Shown piece after piece: positions 1 through 12,519 of a stretch of 64,000 bases of DNA. The translations under genes were made by a program, and so were the position numbers. The DNA is from Eledone cirrhosa. Its lineage: Eukaryota. Location of the stretch: NCBI GenBank assembly GCA_964016885.1, contig OZ024755.1, positions 29,202,001-29,266,000 on the forward strand. Direction: 5' to 3'. Under the pieces are notes generated by a model. It was not told the DNA's origin. It saw only the letters and a list, made by a program, of their open reading frames with translations, and did no database searches. The stretch's first letter is position 1. Every line of letters begins with the position of its first letter.

Positions 1-355
1 TCAAAATCCTTGTTTGTAAATAATATTATTCTTTTTTTTTCCCCATTTCAATAACATGTTCAACATCACCTTATTTTCTCTTCTACATCTTGTACCAATA
101 CAAATTCGCCTTTTTTTCTCTCCCACTCACATAATTTGATAATGCATAAAATGCTGAAACCGGTAATTGATAATTATTAAATAAATAAATTAATAAATAA
201 ATAAATCAATGCTATTGTTAATTAATAAATAAATTATCTAATACCTTAACACTTCACACAAAGTAAAATATTTTGTTTTAAACATTTTCTAACCTAGAAA
301 AAAGAGAAAGAAATATGGAAAAACATATTTTTCATCCTAGTAATCGATTTTTTCT

Positions 356-434
<79 letters not shown>

Positions 435-634
435 TAAAAAGTTAGGACCCTGACGGCTAAGCTCCGGCCGTTTTGACAGCTAGATTCGAACTCTTTTCCT
501 ATTACCTTCTCTACTACTCTAAGTACCGAGTACTCTGGTGCGTGCGTTATGGTCCACCTGGTATCTTACCACATCTTCTTTGTTATATATATATATGTAT
601 ACAGGTACATTATACGTGTTATATTGGATTACGT

Positions 635-667
<33 letters not shown>

Positions 668-1216
668 TGGTTGATGTTGCTGTTGCTTCCGTTATTATTA
701 TCCGTATTAAACTGTGTGATAATCTATTGTCAGTAAATCTACTCTAACAACACGGAATTGCTGCCAATATTTCATTTTCAATGTATAATAATCATCTAGT
801 ATAGTTGCAAAATCTTTTGTATAAACGTTAATCTTTCTCAGTAGACAGACACTATGTTGGCTAGATGTCATCGTAGTCATATCTTCATAAAATTACATTA
901 CACGTAATTTCTACTGTCAATGACATAAACATTTCAAGTACGCAAGTAAGGACAGACTTCATAATGCTTTCTGTCAAGAAAACTATCTTATCTACCAATC
1001 CTATTAGCACTAAATCATTTTCAAGTGGTTTTGCAGTTAGCCAAGTAATATTTATACATCTTCCCTTCTGAAATTGAAAATAATTCAGTTCGTTTTAAAA
1101 CTGGTGGTTTTAATGTATTTTTTTTTTCGAGACATACATATCAAATGATGAATTAACTAAATTAGTTTTCACATTTTATTGGAATCATTAATCAGTAATT
1201 AATATGATTTGGTTTG

Positions 1217-1308
<92 letters not shown>

Positions 1309-1518
1309 ATATGTGTGTAATCCTTGGTACAGTTAAGTATATTAAGACAGGGGGGGGGGAGAAAAAATGGCTTCACTTGTGCTTTCAACAAATTTATTTT
1401 CTTTACAAAATCCCAAAAGAATTTTTTTCCGGATCAGAAAAAAATTTTTTTTTGATTTTGTGAAGAAAATAAATTTGTTGAAAGCACAAGTGAAGCCATT
1501 TTTTTCTTCCCCCCTGTC

Positions 1519-1562
<44 letters not shown>

Positions 1563-1607
1563 CATTATACATTATACATTATATATATAATATATATATA
1601 AATACAT

Positions 1608-1681
<74 letters not shown>

Positions 1682-1880
1682 TATAAATACATTATACATT
1701 AAATATGTATATATATAATATATATATAAATACATTATACATTAAATATATATATATATAATATATATATAAATACATTATACTCTTTTCCTCTTTTACC
1801 TGTTGCAGCCATTGTTGATTAGGAGACACAAATTTAAATTTTTAAAACCAATGCAATGCGTATGCAGAGTTTTAAATTGC

Positions 1881-1957
<77 letters not shown>

Positions 1958-2008
1958 GGTTTCTACAGGACAAGAACTGTTTCATTCGGGAGAAATCATC
2001 AGGAAGCC
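1958..2008 (-). ncRNA. Minimal type-I hammerhead ribozyme (slightly degenerate)
   Basis: Minus strand GGCTTC-CTGATGA-TTTC tccc GAAT-GAAA-CAG ttcttgtc CTG-TA-GAAACC: core intact, stem III ACAG/CTGT, GUA site, one mismatch each in stems I and II; 3' end abuts (TA)n. Confidence 0.65.
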
Positions 2009-2821
2009 GACTATCCAAGTAGTATGGTGGTATTTATACCTTTTCTGGTGGTAGTAGAGGATGGTGTTTGGGATGGGTAAGGTTTTTATATGAAATCGTG
2101 TGTTGAAACAAATATTGTTATATTTAGGGAGGGTCATATTGTTATAATATTGCCAGACATAATAATAAAACACCCTCACTGTTTGGTTTGTATTGGTTTT
2201 CGCTTCTGTATATTTTATATCTCCATAGTTAATTTAGCTGGCAATCAATGTTTATCATTGATTGCAACAACACTGCTCGCCATTTTTCATTCATATATGC
2301 TTTCCCCTTCGCTAAGACCTGTCTTTTCCTCTTCCCTTACTGCTATCCTCTTTCTCTCTACCTCTTCTATCCTTCTCGCTCTTACTTTCACTCACCCCCT
2401 CTGCTAGTCACCCTCTCTCGGCTAGCCTCTTCCTCACACTTTCACTCACTCACCCTCTCTCTCACTTCCTCCATCGTCCCACACCGTGTGAGATTCTTTC
2501 CTCGCTCACATCCGCTCGGCCAAGATGTGTATTTTGCCTTCTCGTCAATATTCGCAACTTCTTATGTTCAAAATGAATTATTGACTTGATTTTCGCATTT
2601 TTCCTCTCTTTACGTTACCTCGCCATTCGTGTTTGTTTACCTGTCTCTCTTTCTCCACCCAACTCTTTTTATCGCAATAACTTAATTTAGTTATTTTATC
2701 GCCCTAGCTGGAGGTATATGGTCTGTAATGCGAAGAAATACCTATGATGGCTAGTAGACCACTGATGATGGATAGTCCTGGCTTCTATTTCTTCATTTCA
2801 TAAAACTACTTCGCTTTTACT

Positions 2822-2878
<57 letters not shown>

Positions 2879-3080
2879 TAGAAGGGATATTTAATTTGTT
2901 GGAAATACAACAAATATAAATGTTTATAACTGATTTAGAGCACTTGACAGAGTTCTGGAGTAAATATTCAATGATATTAAATAAATGGAAACTATATTTA
3001 TAAAACCATATTTATTCTATTATATATATATAATAAAATAAATATGGTTTTATAAATATAGTTTCCATTTATTTAATATC

Positions 3081-3129
<49 letters not shown>

Positions 3130-3208
3130 ATCAAGTATCAAATTTGTAGAATTTTTTTTTTCTACAAGTTTCTACAAATTTCATACTTGACGGCCTGTAT
3201 ATGTGTGT

Positions 3209-3313
<105 letters not shown>

Positions 3314-3821
3314 GAGGAGGAGAAGAAGAAGGTATAGGGGAAACTAGACAGTGGAAATGGAGATATGTTTTAAATGCATTTTGAATTAGTATTTATTTAC
3401 TGTAAACATGAAAATCAATCCACGTAAGGCGTGTGATAATGGAGTCATGCCTCTACAAATAAATCAACGTTTTGTTTTGTTTTACGGGATAATGTGTTTT
3501 AGAATGCCAGCAGTCCATATTTATCTCAATTGCTTAATGTTGTGGTTTTCCATAAACTGTTTAGAAACACGTCCCCGCAGATATGTTGATAATCTATCAA
3601 ACGTAAGTTTCCCACAATCATGCAAGCATGAACTCGGTTCTGTAGCCAAAGTAATTACAGAGTTGCCGCCCATTTTGAGCGTTTCTTATATAATTATTGA
3701 TACATTGAGGTGGAGTTGTCCGCTGCTAGATAAATGTCATGACCACCGTTACAACAAAGCTACACTGCTTTTGCTTTTGCCGATGGTTACCCAAAGATCA
3801 GTTCAGAACGAAAAGACCTAT

Positions 3822-4040
3822 AATGGTGTCTTATATAGGCACAAGGCCAGCAATTTTGGGGGAGGGGGAAGGTCGATTAAATCGACCCCAATACGTGACT
3901 GGTACTTTATTTTATCGACCCCGTAAGGATGAAAGGCATAGTTAACCTCGGCGACTTGAACTCAGAACATAAAAGGCCGTAACTCTATGCTGCAAAGCAT
4001 GGCGTCCGACCCTCTACCAATACTGCCAATCCACCGCCCT
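3822..4040 (-). mobile_element. tRNA-derived SINE family 1 (long-tail form)
   Basis: Consensus A box TGGCAGTATCGG, B box GAGTTCAAATCC, body CTTTCATCCTTACGGGGTCGATAAAATAAAGTACCAGT. Confidence 0.85.
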
Positions 4041-4400
4041 AATGAAAGGAATTCCTGCTGTGTTCATTGTCGCATATGGGTATTTAGGACTACATCATTC
4101 AATGTGCTTTTTCCTTTTTTAACAAGGTAAATTTTGATATAAATAGCTGGTAGCAGATTCTTGTTGAAGACTTTACCTGAGAGGAGATGATCGATCGATT
4201 TTTCTTCTATGTTCCCGGGTTTCAAGAAATTCTGTAATATGCCTTCTCTTCAACTACCTGATACAAATTTAAGTTGTGATGTGTGTAGATTGTCAAAGAT
4301 CATTGTCATTTAGTCAAATGAAATACAATGCAGAATGGTAACTTGATTCCGCTAGATACAGTTAAGTATATGATTCTCTTTCTATCAAACACACTCTCTC

Positions 4401-4447
<47 letters not shown>

Positions 4448-4456
4448 CTATCTCCC

Positions 4457-4488
<32 letters not shown>

Positions 4489-4910
4489 ATCTCAATTTCT
4501 CGTTCTTTCTCTTTTCATTTGCTCCTTCCTCTACGATAGATAACACGGAAATCAGGAAATTATATGAGTAGTGGTTATTGCATTTTACCATTAAAGCCTT
4601 ACTTCTAAATAATATAATGGATGGGATCCGCGAAGAGGTTTCAATCAATGGGCTAATCCATCCTGATTTCAACGCGACCGGATATCTTAGAATATTTCAA
4701 TGTATGGTGACATATGGTGAGATATAAATTGTTATTTAGAGACTCTTGTTAGCTAAAGTGAGACGATATTGTATATACACACCACAATGTCTGTTTTGTT
4801 ATATGTTGAAGTTTTCTAGGGTTGGAAAATTAACTGAAGTTTGTATTAGGGTAGTTGAGATCAATAATTAAAACACAGAATAGAAATATTAAACTACTTC
4901 GCTTTTACTT

Positions 4911-4972
<62 letters not shown>

Positions 4973-5186
4973 GGAGGTGAGTTTTATTGTAGTACAATAA
5001 AGCAATGCAGATATCGGATAAGAAGCACTCTACAGTTTGTAGGACTGGAGTATACATAATATATAAGATCAAAAGATGGTTAAAGGAGTTCCATGTATTT
5101 TATTATGCGCATTTCAAAAACAACATATGTTGATTTAAAACTGCACTATCCACAAGTGTTTTTTAGCCTTCATATCATGTCCTCCT

Positions 5187-5255
5187 GTTTTATCTGATGA
5201 AAACACAAATACTATTGCATGATGATGTTTGTTTTTGAAATGCGCATAATAAAAT
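5187..5255 (+). ncRNA. Minimal type-I hammerhead ribozyme
   Basis: GTTTTAT-CTGATGA-(imperfect stem II)-GAAA-TGCGCA-TA-ATAAAAT; palindromic stem III, AUA site; same family at 35401 and 60283. Confidence 0.8.
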
Positions 5256-5630
5256 ACATGGAACTCCTTTAACCATCTTTTGATCTTATATATTATATAT
5301 ATATATATAAGTAGAAGGGATATTTAATTTGTTGGAAATACAACAAATATAAATGTTTATAACTGATTTAGAGCACTTGACGGAGTTCTGGAGTAAATAT
5401 TCAATAATATTAAATAAATGGAAACTATATTTATAAAACTAGATTTATTCTATTATATATATTTCTATTATATATATATAATAGAATAAATATGGTTTTA
5501 TAAATATAGTTTCCATTTATTTAATATCATTGTGTATATATATATATATATGGTCATCAAGTATCAAATTTGTAGAAATTTGTTTTTTTTCTACAAGTTT
5601 CTACAAATTTCATACTTGACGACCTGTATA

Positions 5631-5680
<50 letters not shown>

Positions 5681-5696
5681 GATAATTAATGGTATA

Positions 5697-5860
5697 ATAA
5701 TCGTTTCTACTTTTGGCACAAGGCCAACTATCACCCCACTGCATTACTGGTATTTTATTTTATCGACTCCGTAAGGATGAAAGGCAAACTTAACCTTGGC
5801 TAGATTTGAGCTCATATCGTAAAGGGCCGTAACTATATGCTGCAAAGTATGGCGTCCGAT
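5697..5860 (-). mobile_element. SINE family 1
   Basis: Matches consensus body and tail. Confidence 0.8.
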
Positions 5861-6179
5861 TTCGTTTGGAGTGGGCTAAATTGTTTACACCTGCCCGTAA
5901 TCCCGAACTTACCCCTAATAACTAAATGTGTACGCTCTGAATCACAGACTGGCGCTTCGGAAGTGCAAGTCCCGTGAATTAGTTGAGTGAGTGGGGAAGT
6001 TCAACGTACTAGCACAAAATCAGTTTGTCTAGTTCGACATCACTTGCGACAAACCACAACAGAATCAGAAACCCTCCAACTCAATGTTACTTTTGTAAAT
6101 CATAAGAAATGTGAAACCAGTAAACTAAATAAACAAATTTTCTTAAAAGACTCCAGTTGCATTTTCAATTTCTTTTCCT

Positions 6180-6285
<106 letters not shown>

Positions 6286-6325
6286 GAAATCAAAGAACGC
6301 TTACATACTCAAACAGTTTTTATTT

Positions 6326-6370
6326 GCTGACAATGTTTCATCCATACCGTTGTGCAGGATTCATCAGAGC
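6326..6370 (-). ncRNA. Minimal type-I hammerhead ribozyme
   Basis: Minus strand GCT-CTGATGA-ATCC..GGAT-GAAAC att GTC-AGC followed by AATAAA; GUC site; stem I only 3 bp. Confidence 0.7.
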
Positions 6371-6624
6371 TTAATACGACACCGTAAATGTGTATATGCA
6401 CATACGCTCCGTGCTCTATGTATATATATAGTTAAAAGAATAGAGGTGTAACACACAAGTTATTATATATTGGTAAACGGAATAGAAAATGCTGACAAAT
6501 TGTTCACAGTTGAAAAATGGTTTAATTAGGAATAAAAGAGTATTAGTAATTGTATGGGTTAATATTCAGTTGTGGTTTTAAGTTTTTAAGTTTTTACCGG
6601 TTGCGCATTTCTAAATGGGTAGTT

Positions 6625-6669
6625 AGCCTTGATAAGCTTCAACCAAAGCGAAACAAGGCCTTGTCGGCT
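6625..6669 (+). ncRNA. Hammerhead ribozyme, U3-A8 core variant, copy 1
   Basis: AGCC-TTGATAA-GCTT caacca AAGC-GAA-ACAAGGCCTTGT-C-GGCT; all three stems pair, stem III is a perfect 12-nt palindrome. Confidence 0.75.
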
Positions 6670-6945
6670 TATCTCGCCTGTTTGCTGAGATCAAAGTAAG
6701 TGAATTTGTCACTACTTTAAAACAATAGCTTACGGTCTTCAAAATGCTTTTAATTAAGCATAAAGTGCATTGCAAAATACATTATATATACATCCATATA
6801 TATATATATTGCTATTTCAGAGCTCCAATTCTAATTTTTAATTTCTGCCTGACCAACAACCGCTCTGCATAATCAGCTCCTGATTATTTACTACATTTCT
6901 ATAAGAATATAACATCAGTGATCTCGGTAGACAGGAGGGGTAGTT

Positions 6946-6990
6946 AGCCTTGATAAGCTTCAACCAAAGCGAAACAAGGCCTTGTCGGCT
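6946..6990 (+). ncRNA. Hammerhead ribozyme, U3-A8 core variant, copy 2
   Basis: Identical core to 6625; stem I extendable by TGATCTCGGTAGACAGG / CCTGTTTGCTGAGATCA (with G-U pairs). Confidence 0.78.
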
Positions 6991-7127
6991 TATCTCCCCT
7001 GTTTGCTGAGATCAAAGTAAGTGAATTTGTCACTACTTTAAAACAATAGCTTACGGTCTTCAAAATGCTTTTAATTAAGCATAAGTGTATTGCAAAATAC
7101 ATTATATATACATATATATATATATAT

Positions 7128-7325
7128 ACAAGTGGAAGCTTAGTAAAATCGAAGCTTTGGCTGTGGGCAAGCAAAGTCGACCTACAATATGAATGAGTTA
7201 GCAAAGCACTCAATAAGGGTAGTTCCTTAGAATAATAACATACGTTTAAATAGCTTGACAAATTGAACATTGTGGTAGGCAAAACCTAACACACAATACC
7301 AAAGTAACGAAAAAAAACTAACAGG
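7128..7325. repeat. Interspersed repeat terminating in (TA)n (second copy 43405-43600)
   Basis: CAAGTGGA.G.TTAGTAAAATCGAAGC... near-identical at both loci, same end abutting (TA)n. Confidence 0.8.
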
Positions 7326-7370
<45 letters not shown>

Positions 7371-7752
7371 CGAAGGAAATGTGGTAATGAACCAGGTAGA
7401 CCATAACGCACCAAAGTACTCAATACTTAGGGTAGTAGAGTGGGTAATAGGAACGAGTAGGACCCCGACGGCTGAGAATATATATTATTATATATATATT
7501 CTATTTTTCTCTGGAAGAGATCTGCTATAATCAGATCTGGAGAAGGATGGGCTCCGCCAGGTTTAAAATACCCAAGAAATACCGTTTGTCAATACGGCGT
7601 CCCTACGGATCTATCAGGAGTTACGGGACCATACCATCTTCTATTATGAGAGAATGAGTCTCTCTATCAACATGTTTAAATATTCCTCCTTTCAATTATT
7701 CTAAGCAGTACGATAATGTTGGTTATATTCATATTTACCAATATAACCAATG

Positions 7753-9569
7753 CCGTGATTTCCCCCAATATAAGCCATGCCCCGAAAACAAGCCGTAGCA
7801 AAAATGAACGGCAAAAAAAAGAAATGGCCGGCTATGAAAATTATAGAAGAGGATTGTCTCTTAATGTAAAACTAATTGATAAGCGGGTGGTATAAGAAGT
7901 TTGTGGAATGCGCGGAAGTGAAAATATCGATAATGAAATTAACGAAAGGAAAGAGGGAAGTGCGTGCAATCAATATTGTTTATGCAAGTGCGGGTACAAA
8001 CCAGAAGTAATGGCTTATCAGTAACTTCGGGGGAGAAGATCATTTTCAGCCCTAGACAAGATGAAAGGAAGGAAGAGTTATACAGTCGAGTACAAGAAAG
8101 GAATTGTGGAGGAATCACTGGGCAAGAATCTTACTATTTTCTGCAAAGAAAAGAATCTAGATCTCCGAATGGTTCAAAGATGGAGAATGGACTACAATAA
8201 ACTCAGACAGGACATAGGGAAACGTAAGCGTGGATCTGGTCGACAACCGATATTTCTTGAGCTGGAAGACGCCATCTGTGAATGGATTGCTGAAATAAGA
8301 GCCAGAGCTTTGGTTGTTCACAGGGCTGATATTCATTTGCCCTTACAAATGCACTAGAGTTTGGTATAGTTCCAGAAGAATTCAAAGAATCCAAACACTG
8401 ACTGAATAATTTCCTTCAGCGATACGAATTTTCTCTGAGAAGATCGACAACACTGTTCAAACTGGACGACACTGAGATTATTAAACGTGCACTCGCATTT
8501 AAGTCTTTTGTTGATGGAATAGACTTTTCTAACTACCGTCTCTCCAACATGATTGCTATGGATGAAACAGCAGTGTTCATGGGTCAAAGCTCTCAATCTA
8601 CAATTGATCAAAAGGGTGCGTCGTCAATTTACATTCCATCCACTGGTTACGAAAGTGCACGAGTTACGTGTATCTTGGCAATTCGTCTCGACGGAAGCAA
8701 AGCCCCACTTCTTATCATCACTAAAGGCTAGAAAGATACAATTGAACGCGTTTCAGGTATCTGTGTTTTGGAAACTGAAAAGGCGTGGTGCACACAGGCA
8801 GTTTTAAGGAAGTGGGTCGATTTCATGCTGCCATTGGTTTTGCGTGGAACCCAAAGAGGTCTCATAGTCTGGTATTCAGCCAGCACGCACCGCGCCAAAG
8901 ATATAAAGAACTTTCTTGGAGAAAGAAGAATCGATCAAATCATGATTCCCCCAGGAACGACCGCCTATCTCCAGACTCTTGACATCGCACTGAATAAACC
9001 ATTCAAGAACCATCTGCGCATGGAAATAAATGACTACATCGAAAACAGAATGGCGAGAAATGAGCAGGAAATTTCGTAAAGCCCAGCCTTCAAGAGATCG
9101 TGACTTGGGTGGGATATTCATGGAACAAAATCAGATAGCTGTGTCATGAATGCACTACGAACAGACTATCTTGATAAGAACTCTCCATTCAATTCGACCT
9201 CTATCGTTCAACATGAAAGACTAGGGACGAAAATTCTGCAGGCAATTGAGTCACAGGAAAATTCCACATGAATCATTGTATCCACTGATTTGTAAAACAT
9301 GACATTCCAGAGCAGGATGACATGATTATTGTCGAATAAATTAGTGGATAATTTCGCTCATGATTTTTTGAATTAAAGGGTGTGTTAATTTTTAATAAAT
9401 TTAATCTTTCAAATAAACGTTGCGCGTAAATGCCGATCATTTAGCGAATTTTTAATTTTCGGTTTCGTAATCTCGTTTTTACTCCCCCGAAAATAAGCCG
9501 TAGTGGTACATTTCGGTACATTTCAGTAAAAATTAATATAAGCCATGGCTTATAATCATGGAAACACGG
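7753..9569 (+). mobile_element. Pogo/Tigger-type (DDE_1) DNA transposon, near full length, defective
   Basis: Imperfect TIRs CCGTGATTTCC...TATAAGCC / GGCTTATA...GGAAACACGG followed by TA; internal transposase remnants. Confidence 0.88.
8061..9339 (+). pseudogene. Pogo-family transposase pseudogene (BrkDBD-like + CENP-B-type HTH + DDE_1)
   Basis: RKSYTVEYKK, GSGRQPIFLELEDAICEWI, IAMDET, SASTH, IPPGTTAYLQTLDIALNKPFK spread over frameshifted/stop-interrupted ORFs. Confidence 0.88.
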
Positions 9570-10027
9570 TATTAGTTATCGCTTTAGGAAATATTTAATT
9601 CGAATGCTATTGCATGGGAAATAACTCTTTAAAATACTAGGAGTTATTGCTGCTACAAATAGATATTTTTTGTCTTATTTTTAGTTTCTCTCCTTTTTAC
9701 TTTTCGTTTTCCACAGCATTGAACGCGTATAAACTTACAACAACATCATGAGTTAAGAAGGGAATCGCGTTACAGCCGATTGAACTGCTAGAAATAATAG
9801 ATAATTTTACATCAAATCACATCCTGAGGCCACAAGAAAGGAATGATAATTCGGTATTTTATATAATGACTTGATTGTTATGAGCGAAATCATTCGTTCT
9901 TAGTTCTGCTCCAATATATATGACAATATATGTCACAAGAAGACAGGATGGTCACAGTTGGCATATTTTTATCATATCTGCACAGTATATGCTGGATTGT
10001 ATTCACTGTTGCATAAAAAGAAATAGA

Positions 10028-10446
10028 ATAATGGTTTCTACTATAGACACAAAGCCAGCAATTTTTTGGGGTGGGTGGGTGGGAGGGGAAAGTAGATTAG
10101 ATCGACCCCAGTGCGTGAGTGGTACTTTATTTTATCGACCCCCGGAATTTGAACTCCGATCATAAAGAGCCGTAACTCTGTGTTACAAAAGCATGTCGTC
10201 CGACCCTCTACCGATACTGCCAATCTACCGTTACAGAATGAAAGCACAAACAAATATAATTGTTTCTACTTTAGGCACAAGGCCAGCAATTACCCAGTGC
10301 GTTACTGGTACTTTATTTTATCGACCCCGTAAGGATGAAAGGCAAAGTCAACTTTGGCGGGATTTGAACTCAGATCGTAAAGGGTCGTAACTATGCTGGA
10401 AAGCATGGCGTCCGACCCCTCTACCGATACTGCCAATCCACCGCCT
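10028..10446 (-). mobile_element. Two SINE family 1 copies
   Basis: Second copy flanked by TSD AAAGCACAAACAAATATAAT. Confidence 0.85.
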
Positions 10447-10630
10447 CAAAGCACAAACAAATATAATATAAAGGAAAGGGAAAGGAAAAACAAGGAAAAA
10501 AAGAAAGAAAAACAGCACACACACACATCTGGGACCACATACAACAAAAGGCAGGCGAAAGGGGTGGACTACGGAACCGCTATCAAAGGAAAAGATAACA
10601 GTATCGCGATGAACACTGGGAAACCTCTCT

Positions 10631-11965
10631 AATAATTTTTGAGGCCAGCCAACACGCTCGCAGCGTTACCGCGGGTGATGGCGAGGCTGATGTGCTGGAA
10701 AAACCAAGCGCCCTCACGAGCATCACCAGTTACCTCTGTTAAGCGAGCTGCTAGTGAAGATAGGAGTCTCGCAGTTCGATTCACCCCCCCCCCCCCCCCA
10801 AACGCCTCGAACGCCACAGACTGGAATATGCAGTTGGCTGACAGATCACCCCTGTTGAGGTAATGACATTCTGTCGTCATTACTACAACAGAGGTCCGAC
10901 GAGCTTTTTATGCCAGAGTCGGGCCACGTGCTTTTTAGCCATGGCACCTCCACGACCACTTTGCAGTGACAAGGTGTGGGGCCATAGTGTCTATATGCTT
11001 CAGCTTGTACCCATGGGAGGTCGGGTACTCTGTATTACTGCGTGACGCCAGAGGTCACGGTCGTGTGTCATCGCCTTGAGAGGTGTAATTGGGTAAGGTC
11101 GGCTTTTATCCCCTCAACCCATGTCTTCTTGGGTCTCCCCACTCCGCGGTTTCCATCGACTTCTAGTGCTCTGCACCTTTTTATGCAGCTGTCATCCTTC
11201 ATACGCATCACATGTCCATACCAACGCAACCGCCTCTCCTGCACACAGCATTTGATTCCTCTTATGCTCAGTCTCTCTCTCAATTCATTTATGCTTTGCC
11301 GTTCGCGCATATTACTATTACACATCCATCGGAGCATGCAGGCTTCGTTTCTTTCTAATCTACGTAAGTCTTCCACCTTCAGCGCCCAGGTCTCACTACC
11401 ATGTAACATTGCTGTTCGGATACACGCATCATACAGTCTGCCTTTCATTTTGAGGGAAAAGCCTTTTGCAGCTAGCAGTGGCAGTAATTCCCTGAACTTC
11501 TTCCATCCCGTTCTTACCCTAGTTATTGTACTTTCTGAACACCCACCTCCACTGCTAATTCGGTCACCTAGGTAGCAGAAGCTGTCTACTGTTTCTACAG
11601 AGCCCTCCCAGAGATTGGTGGTACTTGTTTCCTGTGGCTGTTTGCTGCTTGCTGTCCCAGCACAGCTGCTACATGTGAAGCCTACATTCTTAATTAAGCT
11701 TCCTGAGATCCCGCTACATCTCTTGTGTACCCATTGTTTGCATTTGGGGCAGAGAATGGAGTTCCTATCTACTCCTTTCCTACATACTGAGCAAGGCCAT
11801 TTCCCTGAGGGGATCTGGGTTCTGTTTTCTCGTCTACTTACAAGGACCTTAGTCTTTGTCATGTTGACTTTGAGACCCTTTCTTTCTAGTCCCTGCTTCC
11901 AAGTTTGAATTTCTTGTCTAGTTCTACCATAGATTCAGCTATAAGTGCGAGGTCATCTGCATACT
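10631..11965 (-). mobile_element. 5'-truncated RTE-clade LINE (RT C-terminus plus probable 3' UTR)
   Basis: YADDL at ~11950-11965; ORF 11068-11862 with KTKVL, FCYLGD, LHGSETW, RRLRWYGHVMR, GRPKKTW; boundary at 10631 approximate. Confidence 0.88.
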
Positions 11966-12280
11966 CCCAGCCTAATAAGGAAATTTTAAGATTTTTTTTT
12001 TTATGCCTCTCTCTGTTACACACATTACGGCCTCACCTCATACCAGATAATACATCCGATACAGTCGTTTTCTCTTTTATCTGACTTCTCTTAACTATTC
12101 TCCCGAGCGAAGCCGGGTACCTCAACTAGTATTTAATAAAGTATTACCTTTGCAGCTTTGTGTTATTGTGGTTTAATATATTTCATTACCTATGTGATTA
12201 GGGGAAATCACTTACCCAAGGAATCATCACATCATCATCATCATCATCATCATCAATCTTCCTTCCCCTACAGTCTACGC

Positions 12281-12482
12281 TAGGCATGTCAAACATGCGG
12301 CCCTTTACAAGCCAATCTGCTGCCCGCACAAATGTTTTTACAGCGCGAGCATGTTTTATCTTTGTAATATAAAATTTAAAAAAATGTGTTGTAATGTGCG
12401 CAATTAGTTGTTTTGTGTGGGCCTTAGACAACGTATATGTGACCCATATGGTCCTCGAGTGACCGTTAGTTTGATATGACTG
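12281..12482. mobile_element. hAT (Charlie-like) MITE
   Basis: TIRs TAGGCATGTCAAAC / GTTTGATATGACTG, internal TGCGGCCC motif. Confidence 0.65.
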
Positions 12483-12519
12483 CCCTAAATGACCCGCTTT
12501 AGCTCGGGGAAAAGGAAAT

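Larger units (their letters stand above)
6617..7120 (+). repeat. Direct repeat of ~180 bp (6617-6800 and 6938-7120), pLTR-like
   Basis: Near-identical blocks starting GGGTAGTTAGCCTTGATAAG, each ending in (TA)n. Confidence 0.9.

Noticed and set aside
1188-1463. [24 protein letters not shown] ORFs here and throughout (e.g. 23872-24185, 42190-42848, 48653-49960, 50378-51679)
   Set aside because: Translations of dinucleotide microsatellites that lack stop codons; no coding evidence
2755-2800. CTGATGA near a TA tract as a complete hammerhead
   Set aside because: No GAAA/stem III downstream; at most a deleted remnant
3408-3926. 172-aa ORF
   Set aside because: No recognisable motif; 3' part is antisense SINE
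11042-11575. 177-aa + strand ORF
   Set aside because: Antisense shadow of the RTE reverse transcriptase ORF
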